Virus record (IMG/VR): IMGVR_UViG_3300017938_000552
Source of the DNA: an uncultured virus (IMG/VR IMGVR_UViG_3300017938_000552)
Taxonomy: Duplodnaviria > Heunggongvirae > Uroviricota > Caudoviricetes
Strand: one strand, 5' to 3'
DNA: 64,000 nucleotides
Shown: positions 18,884-28,402 of the stretch, in pieces
How the letters are laid out: the number at the start of each line of letters is the position of its first letter
How positions within the stretch are numbered: position 1 is the stretch's first letter
The notes under the pieces: model-generated
Told to the model about the DNA's origin: nothing
The model's database searches: none
Seen by the model: only the letters and a program-made list of their open reading frames with translations
Made by a program: the position numbers and the translations under genes

Positions 18884-19693
18884 TCAGTCCTGTTTTTTAG
18901 TCGCTAAGAAGCACATCATATTTATGTCTTTTGATTGTTGTGTTATGAATATTGCCTTCTGGAACATTGTGATAGTGATTTCACCTGCAAAACTTTCCAA
19001 CAGACTTTTTAATAACTTTACATTAAAGTTATATTTCTGATAGTTAAATGGTACTTCAGGTGTTATTGGTGTGTCTGTCTCAAGATGATTTCTTGGAACC
19101 AATACTTTTTGTGGATCAAGGTTCATATTCATTTCTGCATGTCCATCCATTTCCCACTCTAACTTCATAGAAGTATCGAGTACTGATATGGAAACATCTG
19201 GGAAGTTTGGTATCACTAGTCTTTCTCTTCCAATCTTAGTTTGGAAATGTATTGGTGTACTCTGTCTCTTTGCTGGCAGAAAACCAATGCCTTCAACGTC
19301 TGTTACGGGTATACTACTTTCAGCAACACCAACTGACTTGATGTTTTGTGGGTTCGGTATAGATGGTGTCCAACGTTTACCACCAGCAACAAGCTGTAGC
19401 TTATTGTTGGGTATGTCCGACTCAATTGTAACTGATTGTTCGGAACCAATATACAATTCATCAAGATTTTTAATAAACTGTTTTGTAATCTTGATTTCTG
19501 TCATTGCATCACATACATACTCACTAAAGTATGTAGGTTGATAGACACCATAAGTACCATACGTTCCTTGTGATACATTTGTGATTGCCTCTTGTGGAGT
19601 GAATCTAATGAAAGCAGAATCCGACAGTCCATTCATCAAGGCTTTCTTAAACATATCTAGTAATCGTTTGGGTTCTAATGTTATCTTAAACAT
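18884..19693 (-). CDS. pcn: divergent PCNA-like sliding clamp
   Basis: 269 aa; MFKI start, FSEYVC, FNVKLL and C-terminal CFLA match the PCNA layout; near primase and RFC genes. Confidence 0.65.
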   Translation of the reverse strand: MFKITLEPKRLLDMFKKALMNGLSDSAFIRFTPQEAITNVSQGTYGTYGVYQPTYFSEYVCDAMTEIKITKQFIKNLDELYIGSEQSVTIESDIPNNKLQLVAGGKRWTPSIPNPQNIKSVGVAESSIPVTDVEGIGFLPAKRQSTPIHFQTKIGRERLVIPNFPDVSISVLDTSMKLEWEMDGHAEMNMNLDPQKVLVPRNHLETDTPITPEVPFNYQKYNFNVKLLKSLLESFAGEITITMFQKAIFITQQSKDINMMCFLATKKQD

Positions 19694-19695
19694 TT

Positions 19696-20775
19696 TTACT
19701 TATCTCCTTTATAAAGCAATTCATATGCTTTAACTTTTCCAGCATCTGCTGTAACATCTACTTTTCTACCTGTAGGGAAACTAGCATATTTAGATGTTGT
19801 TATATGTGCATTAAAACGCACAACACCACTAAGTTTATCTTCTGTACTCCACGTTTCAATAACGATGTCTGTCTGATCCTCAATGATGTCTAACCAGATT
19901 GGTTTCTTTGTCCTTTCCTTGGTTACACCATTGATTATTATTTCTTCATAATCATACTTAGTGCAGAAGATTACCCCTTTCTTCACAATCATTGCTAGTT
20001 TGAGGAATAACTGTTTAGTGTAGAGTCTGCGATCCTTCCAGAATTGCCACTCAACACCCTGAGTCATTTTTATACCATTACGCCATCTCATAACATTTTC
20101 TGCAATTTTCATATACTCTTCCAGACCATCTATTAAAATCCAATCTGGATAAGCGTCTGGTCCTTGTGACTTAATCATATCCAGAATTGAGAAGATGTAT
20201 CGGAAGCAAATTTCAGATGATACTAGAGAAGCATCTGGGCTTGAGTAATCCATATATTTAATGGCATCATAAATAGTGATTCTTGGGTCGCTGTTAAACA
20301 TATCAACCCAAGTTGGCACTGTTTTGTGGTCAAATGACAGAACATCCATCTTTCCGGGGAAGGAAAGTGCTACTGTCGTTTTTCCTGAGTTTTTACCACC
20401 AAAAACAGTGAGATATTTTAGTAGTGTTGGTTTTTCTGGTTCCATATCATATTCTTTCGGAAATGTTGGTAGTGCTATAATTGGTACGTCTGATGTTTGT
20501 TTAAACACATTCATACCACTAGACAAAAGTGGGTTTGGCACAGGTGCTGGTGGTTTTGGTGCTTCAGGTAGAAGTGAAGATATTCCAGTTAGAGGCTTAG
20601 TTTCTTGTGGTGTTGGTGTAGCTTCTGGTGTTTTTTCGGGTGCTACTTCAGATGTTTTTTCTGGTGTAGTTTCTGGTGGTTTATTTTCCACTGGTTTTGG
20701 TTCTGTTATTTGTGGTTGAACAACTGGTGGTTGTTCATCCTTCTTTTTCACACCAAATAAAGCCTCAAGTGACAT
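19696..20775 (-). CDS. P-loop ATPase (AAA_24/Sak4-like) with Pro-rich N-terminal linker
   Basis: Walker A GGKNSGKTT, Walker B ILIDG, TDIVI. Confidence 0.75.
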   Translation of the reverse strand: MSLEALFGVKKKDEQPPVVQPQITEPKPVENKPPETTPEKTSEVAPEKTPEATPTPQETKPLTGISSLLPEAPKPPAPVPNPLLSSGMNVFKQTSDVPIIALPTFPKEYDMEPEKPTLLKYLTVFGGKNSGKTTVALSFPGKMDVLSFDHKTVPTWVDMFNSDPRITIYDAIKYMDYSSPDASLVSSEICFRYIFSILDMIKSQGPDAYPDWILIDGLEEYMKIAENVMRWRNGIKMTQGVEWQFWKDRRLYTKQLFLKLAMIVKKGVIFCTKYDYEEIIINGVTKERTKKPIWLDIIEDQTDIVIETWSTEDKLSGVVRFNAHITTSKYASFPTGRKVDVTADAGKVKAYELLYKGDK

Positions 20776-20780
20776 TTAGT

Positions 20781-21746
20781 TTACCGTTCCTCAAATCCTG
20801 ACTGAGAGAAGATTGGGACTATAAGACAGACAGCCATACTTAAAGTTTCTAAGTTTGTTGTGTTATCCCTCTTCTTCGTAATAGGTCCAAGGAAAGCACA
20901 ATATGTACCATCATCATAGACTGTATTCTCTGGTGCTACCCAACCAGTTATTCCGGGCATAACAATTCTACCCTGATTATCCTGAGTTGGTTTTTCCTGA
21001 ACGGTCATGTCGGTTATCTTGATCCTACCAGACATTATGTCTGTTGTATCTGGTAAATCCTTTGGCTTCCATGTTATTGGAGAACCAGAAACATAACCGA
21101 TGATACAACGCCAATCCGTATCAACAACATATCCTGTTTGTGCTACTGTTTTTGACGGATTATTATATGCCTCTGCAATTGTTACAATTGGAATCTTTAG
21201 TTGCTCACATAGAGCATATACATCTAAGTTCGATGGCTGTACGGGTCTTACATTTGCCCTATCATCTAAGACAAAATCACCACCCTCAGCAAATCTGCCG
21301 AGACTAGCGGTATATATGCTTAGTGGGACAAGCCCAAGCGGAACATCTGCAAATTTACCATTACCAACCATTCTCTTTATTACCATTTGACCTTCATTAA
21401 CACCAGCATAGGCATTAATATAAGGTGTTTTTCCACCCTTACTAATTTTCTTTCCCTGATGTCCAAGGAAGATAAAGGTAATATCTGTCACAGGTGGTCT
21501 TTGGATAAGCATCTGGAAAGCCTTCCCAATTGCATATCTCTGTCTCATTTCAAGTAGTCTTTCGGGTGTCGAGCTAGGAAATTGCTTTGTTGCGAATGTT
21601 CCTGAAACCTCAAACTCCCTTTGGTACTCCTTGATTACAACATCACGACTAATTCCCCACTTTGATACCAGTTGGCTAAACATAGCCTCAACAAAATCTG
21701 GATATGTAGGCGGGTGTGCTAATAGTTTTGAATCTTGTGTACTCAA
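20781..21746 (-). CDS. putative single-stranded DNA-binding (OB-fold) protein
   Basis: Beta-rich; first gene of the replication operon next to the Sak4-like ATPase; call rests mainly on context. Confidence 0.4.
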   Translation of the reverse strand: MSTQDSKLLAHPPTYPDFVEAMFSQLVSKWGISRDVVIKEYQREFEVSGTFATKQFPSSTPERLLEMRQRYAIGKAFQMLIQRPPVTDITFIFLGHQGKKISKGGKTPYINAYAGVNEGQMVIKRMVGNGKFADVPLGLVPLSIYTASLGRFAEGGDFVLDDRANVRPVQPSNLDVYALCEQLKIPIVTIAEAYNNPSKTVAQTGYVVDTDWRCIIGYVSGSPITWKPKDLPDTTDIMSGRIKITDMTVQEKPTQDNQGRIVMPGITGWVAPENTVYDDGTYCAFLGPITKKRDNTTNLETLSMAVCLIVPIFSQSGFEER

Positions 21747-21870
21747 ATTGAGTCTGGGAATGATCCAATAGAAGGGTATATAAACCTTTGTAATATACCA
21801 TAGATTGCTATGTATTCCAACATTAAAAAAAGATTACTGGTAGTATATATACCGATATTGGTTTGGATAT

Positions 21871-21914
21871 TATATCACCTCAAAGGCAAATCGGAGATGC
21901 TTCTTGAGGATATG
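21871..21914. other. hairpin between the divergent replication operons
   Basis: TATATC/GATATG, CTCAA/TTGAG, AGGCA/TGCTT; palindrome GTATATATAC at 21843-21852. Confidence 0.5.
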
Positions 21915-21959
21915 GAGATCAGAATACTTAAATACTCTTGTGTATAGGGATAGGTAACT

Positions 21960-22922
21960 ATGTCCGAAAACATAAAACTAGTCGATAAATACAAACCACA
22001 ACATTGGGAAGATATTGTTGGACAAACTAGGATTGTTACTCAGGTAAAAGCCATTGTGGATAAAAAAGGACCATACCCACACTTTTTGTTTGTTGGTCCT
22101 GCTGGTTCTGGTAAAACTTCTTTAGCAGAAATATTTGCTAAAGAAACAGGATATGATGTTCACGAATTTAACGGTTCTGACGATAGAACACTTGTTTTCA
22201 TTAGAGATAAAATCAAGGCACTTTCACAATTTGCTGGTAGGAGAATTATTATTCTAGATGAAGCCGATATGTTGATTCAACCAGCACAGATGGCTATGAA
22301 GAGGATAATGGAAACCACAGATGCCATATACATACTCTGTGCTAATGATGAATTTAAAATTGAGGATGCTATCAAAAGCAGGTGTGCAATTTTCCGTTTC
22401 CCAAGGTTGACTGATAGTGTTGTTGAAGCTAAAATTGTTGATATTATTAAAAAAGAAGGAATTGGCTTTGTTGATGACGAAAACCAAACTGTTATGAGAG
22501 GTCTGGGTACACTTGTCAAAAATGCCAAGGGAGATTTACGAACAGCACTCAACGATCTTGAAACTGTTATAGATGTCAATAAACAAATAACACCTGAGTC
22601 AATAATGCTTGTTGGTGGAACCACAGGACTTGCTGTTTTGGCTATGGTTAAAGCACTTGAGGGTGATTTCAACACAGCCAAGGAAATGATCGAAAAGGCA
22701 TATGTTGAAGGAAAATACGATCCAAGAAATATTTGTAGGGAGTTATATAGTGCTATACCAAATTTGAATGTTGAGTTAGAAATAAAGATTAGGATGTTCG
22801 AGAAGCTGGGAGAAGTTGAACACAACCTAAATGATGGTGGTGATCCAATAATTCAATTGGTCACATATATATCTTTTATATGGTTAATCCCACATGCTAC
22901 GGGTTGCCCACTTCTCAAGTAG
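21960..22922 (+). CDS. rfcS: replication factor C small subunit
   Basis: DKYKP, GPAGSGKTS, EFNGSDDR, IILDEAD, SRC, GDLR. Confidence 0.93.
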   Translation: MSENIKLVDKYKPQHWEDIVGQTRIVTQVKAIVDKKGPYPHFLFVGPAGSGKTSLAEIFAKETGYDVHEFNGSDDRTLVFIRDKIKALSQFAGRRIIILDEADMLIQPAQMAMKRIMETTDAIYILCANDEFKIEDAIKSRCAIFRFPRLTDSVVEAKIVDIIKKEGIGFVDDENQTVMRGLGTLVKNAKGDLRTALNDLETVIDVNKQITPESIMLVGGTTGLAVLAMVKALEGDFNTAKEMIEKAYVEGKYDPRNICRELYSAIPNLNVELEIKIRMFEKLGEVEHNLNDGGDPIIQLVTYISFIWLIPHATGCPLLK

Positions 22923-22931
22923 GTTTAATTT

Positions 22932-23324
22932 ATGTCCGAATATTGGATTGAAATACACCCAGAAGAACCACAGTATATAATCGTTTCGGATGAAATTATC
23001 AATATTCTAAGAAATGCGAAGTTTCCAGAAAAATTAGATGTACAGATTATATTAATTGATAAAACAATTACACTCATATTCTATAAATTTACTTCAGATG
23101 CTGAGAAAAAAGCAATACTTACAGACAATAAAATTACGGGAATTAAATATACAGACATCAGTAAGGTTTATAAGTTGCCGATTAGAGTATTTGTTACCTT
23201 TGAACAGAGGGACACATACCAACAAACCAACCTTGACTTTGACGTTTTTGTGATTGACTTCACGACTGACATAGACAAACCAAAACAGGAAGAGGAAGAA
23301 AGTTTAGAAGATGTGTTCAAATGA
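22932..23324 (+). CDS. hypothetical protein with acidic C-terminal SLEDVF motif
   Basis: ORF in operon. Confidence 0.55.
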   Translation: MSEYWIEIHPEEPQYIIVSDEIINILRNAKFPEKLDVQIILIDKTITLIFYKFTSDAEKKAILTDNKITGIKYTDISKVYKLPIRVFVTFEQRDTYQQTNLDFDVFVIDFTTDIDKPKQEEEESLEDVFK

Positions 23325-24076
23325 TGTCCACAGTAAATGAAAAAATGGCTAGTATCACTCAAACCCAGATGAATCTGGATGAAAACTGCCCTCAGAGTTG
23401 GTATTATTATCGTAAAAAGTTCCCTAAAATTATTGGAGATACTAGATATATGCTGGTTGGAACCATAATCCATAATTCCATAGAACAATATTTTAGGACA
23501 ATTTCAGAAAGCCCACATACTGGACTAATATCTGGAACATTCAAGACAATTTTAGATAAGAATTGGGAACCACATAATGAAGAACTAAAAGAATTATATA
23601 ATAGAAAAATAAAATGTACAGAAAACTTCTTAAAGTTTGAAACAGAACGAATGAAAGTTTGCAATAGATATAGACCATCAATGCAAGAAGAAAAATTAAA
23701 TGCCAATATTAACGGTGTAGAGTTTTTTACAATTGTTGATTGTTTCTGGGCTGAAGATGGATTCTTAGTTGATTGGAAAACAGGAAGCAAGAACACTTTA
23801 AGTGTACAGGATTACATTCAAGGCATGATTGAAAAAATGATTCTTGAGGCTAGAGGATATACAGTCAAGAAAGTAGTTTTTGCAATGTTATTCACAGGGC
23901 AATATATTGAGATGGGTGTACAACCAGATAATTTCATTATGGACAGAGCAAACAAAATGATCCGTGAATGGACAACTGGTAACTTCCCAAAAATAAGAGG
24001 GCAACAATGTTTATATTGCGGTTGGGATATTAGGTGTGCCCTTCAAGAGAAGAAAATTAGTCTATGGGAGATATAA
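23321..24076 (+). CDS. Cas4-like PD-(D/E)XK nuclease with Fe-S Cys pattern
   Basis: CP..W, GTIIH, IVD, VDWKTG, Q, CxxC...C. Confidence 0.85.
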   Translation: MMSTVNEKMASITQTQMNLDENCPQSWYYYRKKFPKIIGDTRYMLVGTIIHNSIEQYFRTISESPHTGLISGTFKTILDKNWEPHNEELKELYNRKIKCTENFLKFETERMKVCNRYRPSMQEEKLNANINGVEFFTIVDCFWAEDGFLVDWKTGSKNTLSVQDYIQGMIEKMILEARGYTVKKVVFAMLFTGQYIEMGVQPDNFIMDRANKMIREWTTGNFPKIRGQQCLYCGWDIRCALQEKKISLWEI

Positions 24077-24294
24077 AAATGGGTGTATATCATAAATGTG
24101 AACATTGTAATAGAACCCTAACAGATATGGATTCCATGACTGTCGGTTATGGTCCAGTTTGTTATAAAAAGTTATTTGGTATAGCACTAAAAAGAACACA
24201 AGCTAACAAAACAAAAACTATATACAAAACAACAAAAAAGATGAAAGATTTGTTGGAAATGGAGAATTTAGATGAGGTTTTTATAGATGTTTGA
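24064..24294 (+). CDS. DUF6011-like zinc finger (probable start 24079)
   Basis: CEHCNRTLTD..S...GYGPVC. Confidence 0.75.
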   Translation: MGDIKMGVYHKCEHCNRTLTDMDSMTVGYGPVCYKKLFGIALKRTQANKTKTIYKTTKKMKDLLEMENLDEVFIDV

Positions 24295-25147
24295 ACCAAA
24301 AAAAATTAGTGATTTATTGGGTAATCCAACAGCACTTAAAAAATTAGAGGAACAGATCAAAGACGGTGTTCCAACACTTATTGTTGGTCCACCCGGAATT
24401 GGTAAAACCACAGGTGTAAATGTTATTGCAAAAGAGTTAGGATATGAAGTCATGGGGCTTAATGCTAGTGACGATAGACAGGCTGGAACAGATGATGAAC
24501 CAAGCGAACTTAGAAAGTTGCTTTGGAAATCTCAAATGAATAGCCCATTTGGTGAGAAATATCTTATATTTTTAGATGAAGTTGATGGTATGGGTAGCAC
24601 TCAAATGGATGGTGTATCGAGTTGGGATATTGTTAAGGATATAATTCAAGAAAGCGTTTATCCTGTTATTCTAGCTTGTAACGATGACTATAAGGTTCCA
24701 GAAGGCGTACAAAAACTTCTAATAAAAATTGATTTCAGACAGGTTGATTCCAGAACAGTAACAAAAATTGTACAGAAGTTTGCTAAGGATATGGGTGTTT
24801 CACCAGACTTATCAAAAATTGGTGGTGATATTAGATCAGGAATTTCCCTTCTTTTTGGTGGTGAAGGTTATGTTCCATCTGGTGATTTCCTATATATTCA
24901 GAAGTTTTTTGCTGAAGGAACAGAGATTGAACGAGAGAAATATCCTTGGATTTTAGATAACATACCTGAATTTTACAAGGGTTATGATATGTATTTGGCA
25001 TATAAAGTACTATCATTAACCAGATATAGCCCAAGGGCACTAGATATGCTGAGAAAGGGCAAGATAGGAAGGGTAAAGTTCCCTACTTATTACCTAGTTA
25101 GGAAGAAAGATAAAAAGGTGGAGAAAGAGGAAAATGGTCAAGTTTAG
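24287..25147 (+). CDS. rfcL: replication factor C large subunit, C-terminally shortened
   Basis: GPPGIGKTT, LNASDDR, IFLDEVDG, PVILACND, GDIR. Confidence 0.85.
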   Translation: MFEPKKISDLLGNPTALKKLEEQIKDGVPTLIVGPPGIGKTTGVNVIAKELGYEVMGLNASDDRQAGTDDEPSELRKLLWKSQMNSPFGEKYLIFLDEVDGMGSTQMDGVSSWDIVKDIIQESVYPVILACNDDYKVPEGVQKLLIKIDFRQVDSRTVTKIVQKFAKDMGVSPDLSKIGGDIRSGISLLFGGEGYVPSGDFLYIQKFFAEGTEIEREKYPWILDNIPEFYKGYDMYLAYKVLSLTRYSPRALDMLRKGKIGRVKFPTYYLVRKKDKKVEKEENGQV

Positions 25148-25269
25148 AGATGCGGGTTGCCTTTTAACAGCTATTGTTTTGGGTAATGTATTTTGCGATA
25201 ATTGTCCTTTTCACCTACTTTTTGGATGCCATAGTGGTGAATATATAACAGATAAGGTGAAAACAGAAA

Positions 25270-26784
25270 ATGGCTGATATTTCAGAAAAAAACCCGTTTG
25301 ATATTATTTCATTACCATCAGAGATAGAAAAAGAAGAGACAATCAAAAAGAGAGAGGGTATTACGGCAACTGGTTTGGTTGGAGAACTTGCAAATTTTAT
25401 GTCTGATAAAATTCCAACAAGCCCAGATTGGTGTGAAAATTTGGCGGCTTGTTTGGTTGGGGCAATTGCTGGTTCAACTGAGGATGGAAAAATGAGAGAG
25501 ATTAGAAATTCTTTTGGACCACTCAGACCTAACATATTTACAATTTATATCGGTGCTAGTAGATTAGGATTCAAAACAGTTCCACTTAAAACGGTTGTTA
25601 GACCTATGTTAATCAGAGTTACAACCATGTATAACAGCAAAGTGTGTTTGGAAAATGGAATAACTGTTGATGAGTTCTATATTAGAAAATCTGGTTTATC
25701 AAAGGCAAAAGGAAAAGAAAAAACAACACCAGAATGGAAAAAGGAAAAGGAGTTTATTGATAGAATTTCAACACAACTAGTAAATTTTGAAATGCCTGAG
25801 AGTTTTACAAGTGAAGCATTAATATCTTGGTTATCAACACATCCAATCGGAATGATTGCTTCTGATGAATTCACAAATATGTTCAAGGGAACAACAACAA
25901 AAGACTATTTAGCAAATGTTATGGAAGTTCTAAGTAGGCTTTATGATAGTGAGGTTGAAAAGAAAGCAACAATAGCAAGAGGCATAGAGGATGCAAAGAA
26001 TATACATGTCTGTTTTGCATCGGCAACCACACCATATGTAATGACCCTCATGGATGAATCTTTCTTTTGGCAGGGTACTGGAAATAGAATACTTTGGATT
26101 GCTGATGATGAGCTTGATAAGATTGATGTGAAAGAGGAAGAAAATTTCACGGAGTTTTTCTGGAACCCAGATCAGACACGTGCCTTTGAAAATGAATTTG
26201 AGAGACTATCAATCTTATTGGCTGGAATTAAAAATTTACCAACAGGGCAACTTTTACTAAGTTTCGGTTCTGCGGCTGAGTTGAACAAATACAGAATTGA
26301 GATGTATAATAAAGCAGTTGATCTTTTTGTGACAGATATAATGGATAAAGATTCAAGTTTCGTTGCTGGTCTTGCTCAAAACGCCATGAAGTTGGCTTTA
26401 ATTCATTGTATTGGAAGATATGCTATGGATTCTAGTAGTGGAAACTATACAGGATTCATGGAAATAAATGAGGAAGATTCTGGTTGGGCAATTAAGAAAA
26501 TGGATAGACATCTCAAATTCTACAAGAAGTTATGGGATTTATCTTCTAAGGTTAGAAAAACAGAGACAAAGGCACATGTGATAGATCAGGATAGGGTACT
26601 TCTGTTGATTGAGAGATTTGAATCAACGGGAAGAAAACTCACGGCAAATGAGTTACGTAGGAATACAAAATGGGACAGTGAAGAGTGTCAAAAAGTATTG
26701 AATACTATGGTACTAAACGAAGATATATATGTGGTAAATGAGAAAAAATTTACATATTACACAACCATAAATCCAAAAGTTTAG
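25270..26784 (+). CDS. DUF3987/YfjI-like AAA+ putative helicase with C-terminal wHTH
   Basis: NIF..YIGASRLGFKT, TSEAL, SDEF, LSRLYD, GTGNR. Confidence 0.7.
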   Translation: MADISEKNPFDIISLPSEIEKEETIKKREGITATGLVGELANFMSDKIPTSPDWCENLAACLVGAIAGSTEDGKMREIRNSFGPLRPNIFTIYIGASRLGFKTVPLKTVVRPMLIRVTTMYNSKVCLENGITVDEFYIRKSGLSKAKGKEKTTPEWKKEKEFIDRISTQLVNFEMPESFTSEALISWLSTHPIGMIASDEFTNMFKGTTTKDYLANVMEVLSRLYDSEVEKKATIARGIEDAKNIHVCFASATTPYVMTLMDESFFWQGTGNRILWIADDELDKIDVKEEENFTEFFWNPDQTRAFENEFERLSILLAGIKNLPTGQLLLSFGSAAELNKYRIEMYNKAVDLFVTDIMDKDSSFVAGLAQNAMKLALIHCIGRYAMDSSSGNYTGFMEINEEDSGWAIKKMDRHLKFYKKLWDLSSKVRKTETKAHVIDQDRVLLLIERFESTGRKLTANELRRNTKWDSEECQKVLNTMVLNEDIYVVNEKKFTYYTTINPKV

Positions 26785-27008
26785 TCCTTTTTATCTGGTT
26801 GTTTTTCAATTAAATTCCATTCAGAACTATGATCAGTGGGATTATGCGTTGCCCTACCCTTAGCTAAATAAACTATATTAAAAATCTTACAGTATGGGCA
26901 CTCAATTTTATCTTCGGCTTCTGAACTTACCCCATTTCTCATTAATTTAAAACTATCTGGTGGAATTACCCGCCTACAAGAATAACATATCATTATGTCT
27001 GAAAGCAT
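26781..27008 (-). CDS. small zinc ribbon protein
   Basis: CYSC...CPYC. Confidence 0.55.
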   Translation of the reverse strand: MLSDIMICYSCRRVIPPDSFKLMRNGVSSEAEDKIECPYCKIFNIVYLAKGRATHNPTDHSSEWNLIEKQPDKKD

Positions 27009-27049
27009 CGCTGTTTTAATTACCTTAACACATTATACATGTATGATAG

Positions 27050-27066
27050 AATATAAATGTTATGAT
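27050..27066 (-). promoter_or_regulatory. class B promoter
   Basis: ATCATAACATTTATATT. Confidence 0.65.
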
Positions 27067-27159
27067 AAAGTGAAAACAACCATTTTTCTTACCTAATATA
27101 CCAAATCAAGGCGTGAATATCCACAATCCTTTTATACTACATATGTATTTCTATTACAT

Positions 27160-27874
27160 GTGAAAAACATGGAACAAGAACAGAAACCGTTAAGCCTTGG
27201 AAAGTTATCCATCCTGATTGATGAGAAAAAACCAAAGTGCCTCTGTGGAAAACCATTAGAGGGAGTCGGTGTAAACTATTGGGGTCCACATGATAGTGGC
27301 ATCTACATCGTTGGTGAAAAGGAAAAGCAATGGGTTTATATCCACTGCAACCACTGTGGATATGACATGGCACTCTGGAAGATTATGAGGGAACTTCAAT
27401 GACCGTAAAACCCAAGATGCTTCAGTACAACGTAGACTTCTTTATGAGGGGGATGACACCAGACGATGAGATTATCCCAGATGGATCAACAGTCGGTCAC
27501 TATACCATAGACAGGACAAGACTTCACCGATGGATCGACATGCTCATAGACAGTGGTAAAGTTGATAAGATCGATATTGGTTGGTATGATGCTAGTATAG
27601 GCTATGTCAAGAGGGTACAAGATCAGCTTGTTGAGAGCGAGAAAAACCTTGATGAACTTGAAAACAGAGAAAAGACACAATGAACAACAAACAGGCACTT
27701 TTTATAATAACACTACTTACAATCATATTTATATCTTTTATGGCTTATTTGATATTCCCACTACCAAAACTTATATTTTGGATTTTAGAAATTGCCTTGG
27801 TTATTGCCATTCCATTATGTGTACTTGGTATTTCAGTATTAATATATGAGGAATATACATATCTAGGAGAATAA
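27160..27874 (+). other. three small ORFs: Zn ribbon 27160..27402, 27399..27683, membrane peptide 27680..27874
   Basis: ATGA overlaps; CLCG...CNHCG; two hydrophobic helices in the last ORF. Confidence 0.65.
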
Positions 27875-27932
27875 AAACACAAACCTTATATAAAGCCCGT
27901 AATATTTATAAACAAAAACATATTATATTAAA

Positions 27933-28400
27933 TTGATTAATATGACATCTGGAAATAAAACACGTTGTGATTTCTGTAATAATGAATTAATAGCTCAACC
28001 AAGAGCTAGAAAAGATAAATCGGGTATGTTTTATTCAACACGACCCGAATATTATATGCCATATAAATGTCCTTTTTGTGGTGGATATTTCTGCGATAAA
28101 CATAGATTGCCTGAGAATCATAAATGTAAAAATATGCCATCTAGATATAGAAATACAGCATATAAAGAAATGCCATATTATGAAATCCCAACATATACAG
28201 ATGTTAAAAAAATGTATTTAATAGAGCAAAAAAAGCCTGTTACAACATTTGACTATAATCCACCACCAAAAGACTACAGTAAACTGGGAAATTCACCAAA
28301 ACAAACGGTAGCTGATTATATCCCATACTGGAAGGCAAGCAAAAAACCCAGTTTATTGACAAGAGCTAAAAACAGATTAACAAGAAAGAAAAAAAGATAA
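27933..28400 (+). CDS. AN1-type zinc finger protein
   Basis: CDFC...[23 protein letters not shown]. Confidence 0.8.
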   Translation: MINMTSGNKTRCDFCNNELIAQPRARKDKSGMFYSTRPEYYMPYKCPFCGGYFCDKHRLPENHKCKNMPSRYRNTAYKEMPYYEIPTYTDVKKMYLIEQKKPVTTFDYNPPPKDYSKLGNSPKQTVADYIPYWKASKKPSLLTRAKNRLTRKKKR

Positions 28401-28402
28401 AT

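Noticed and set aside
23321..24076. CRISPR-Cas locus suggested by the Cas4-like gene
   Set aside because: No repeat-spacer array or other cas genes seen; solo Cas4-like nucleases are common in viral replication modules
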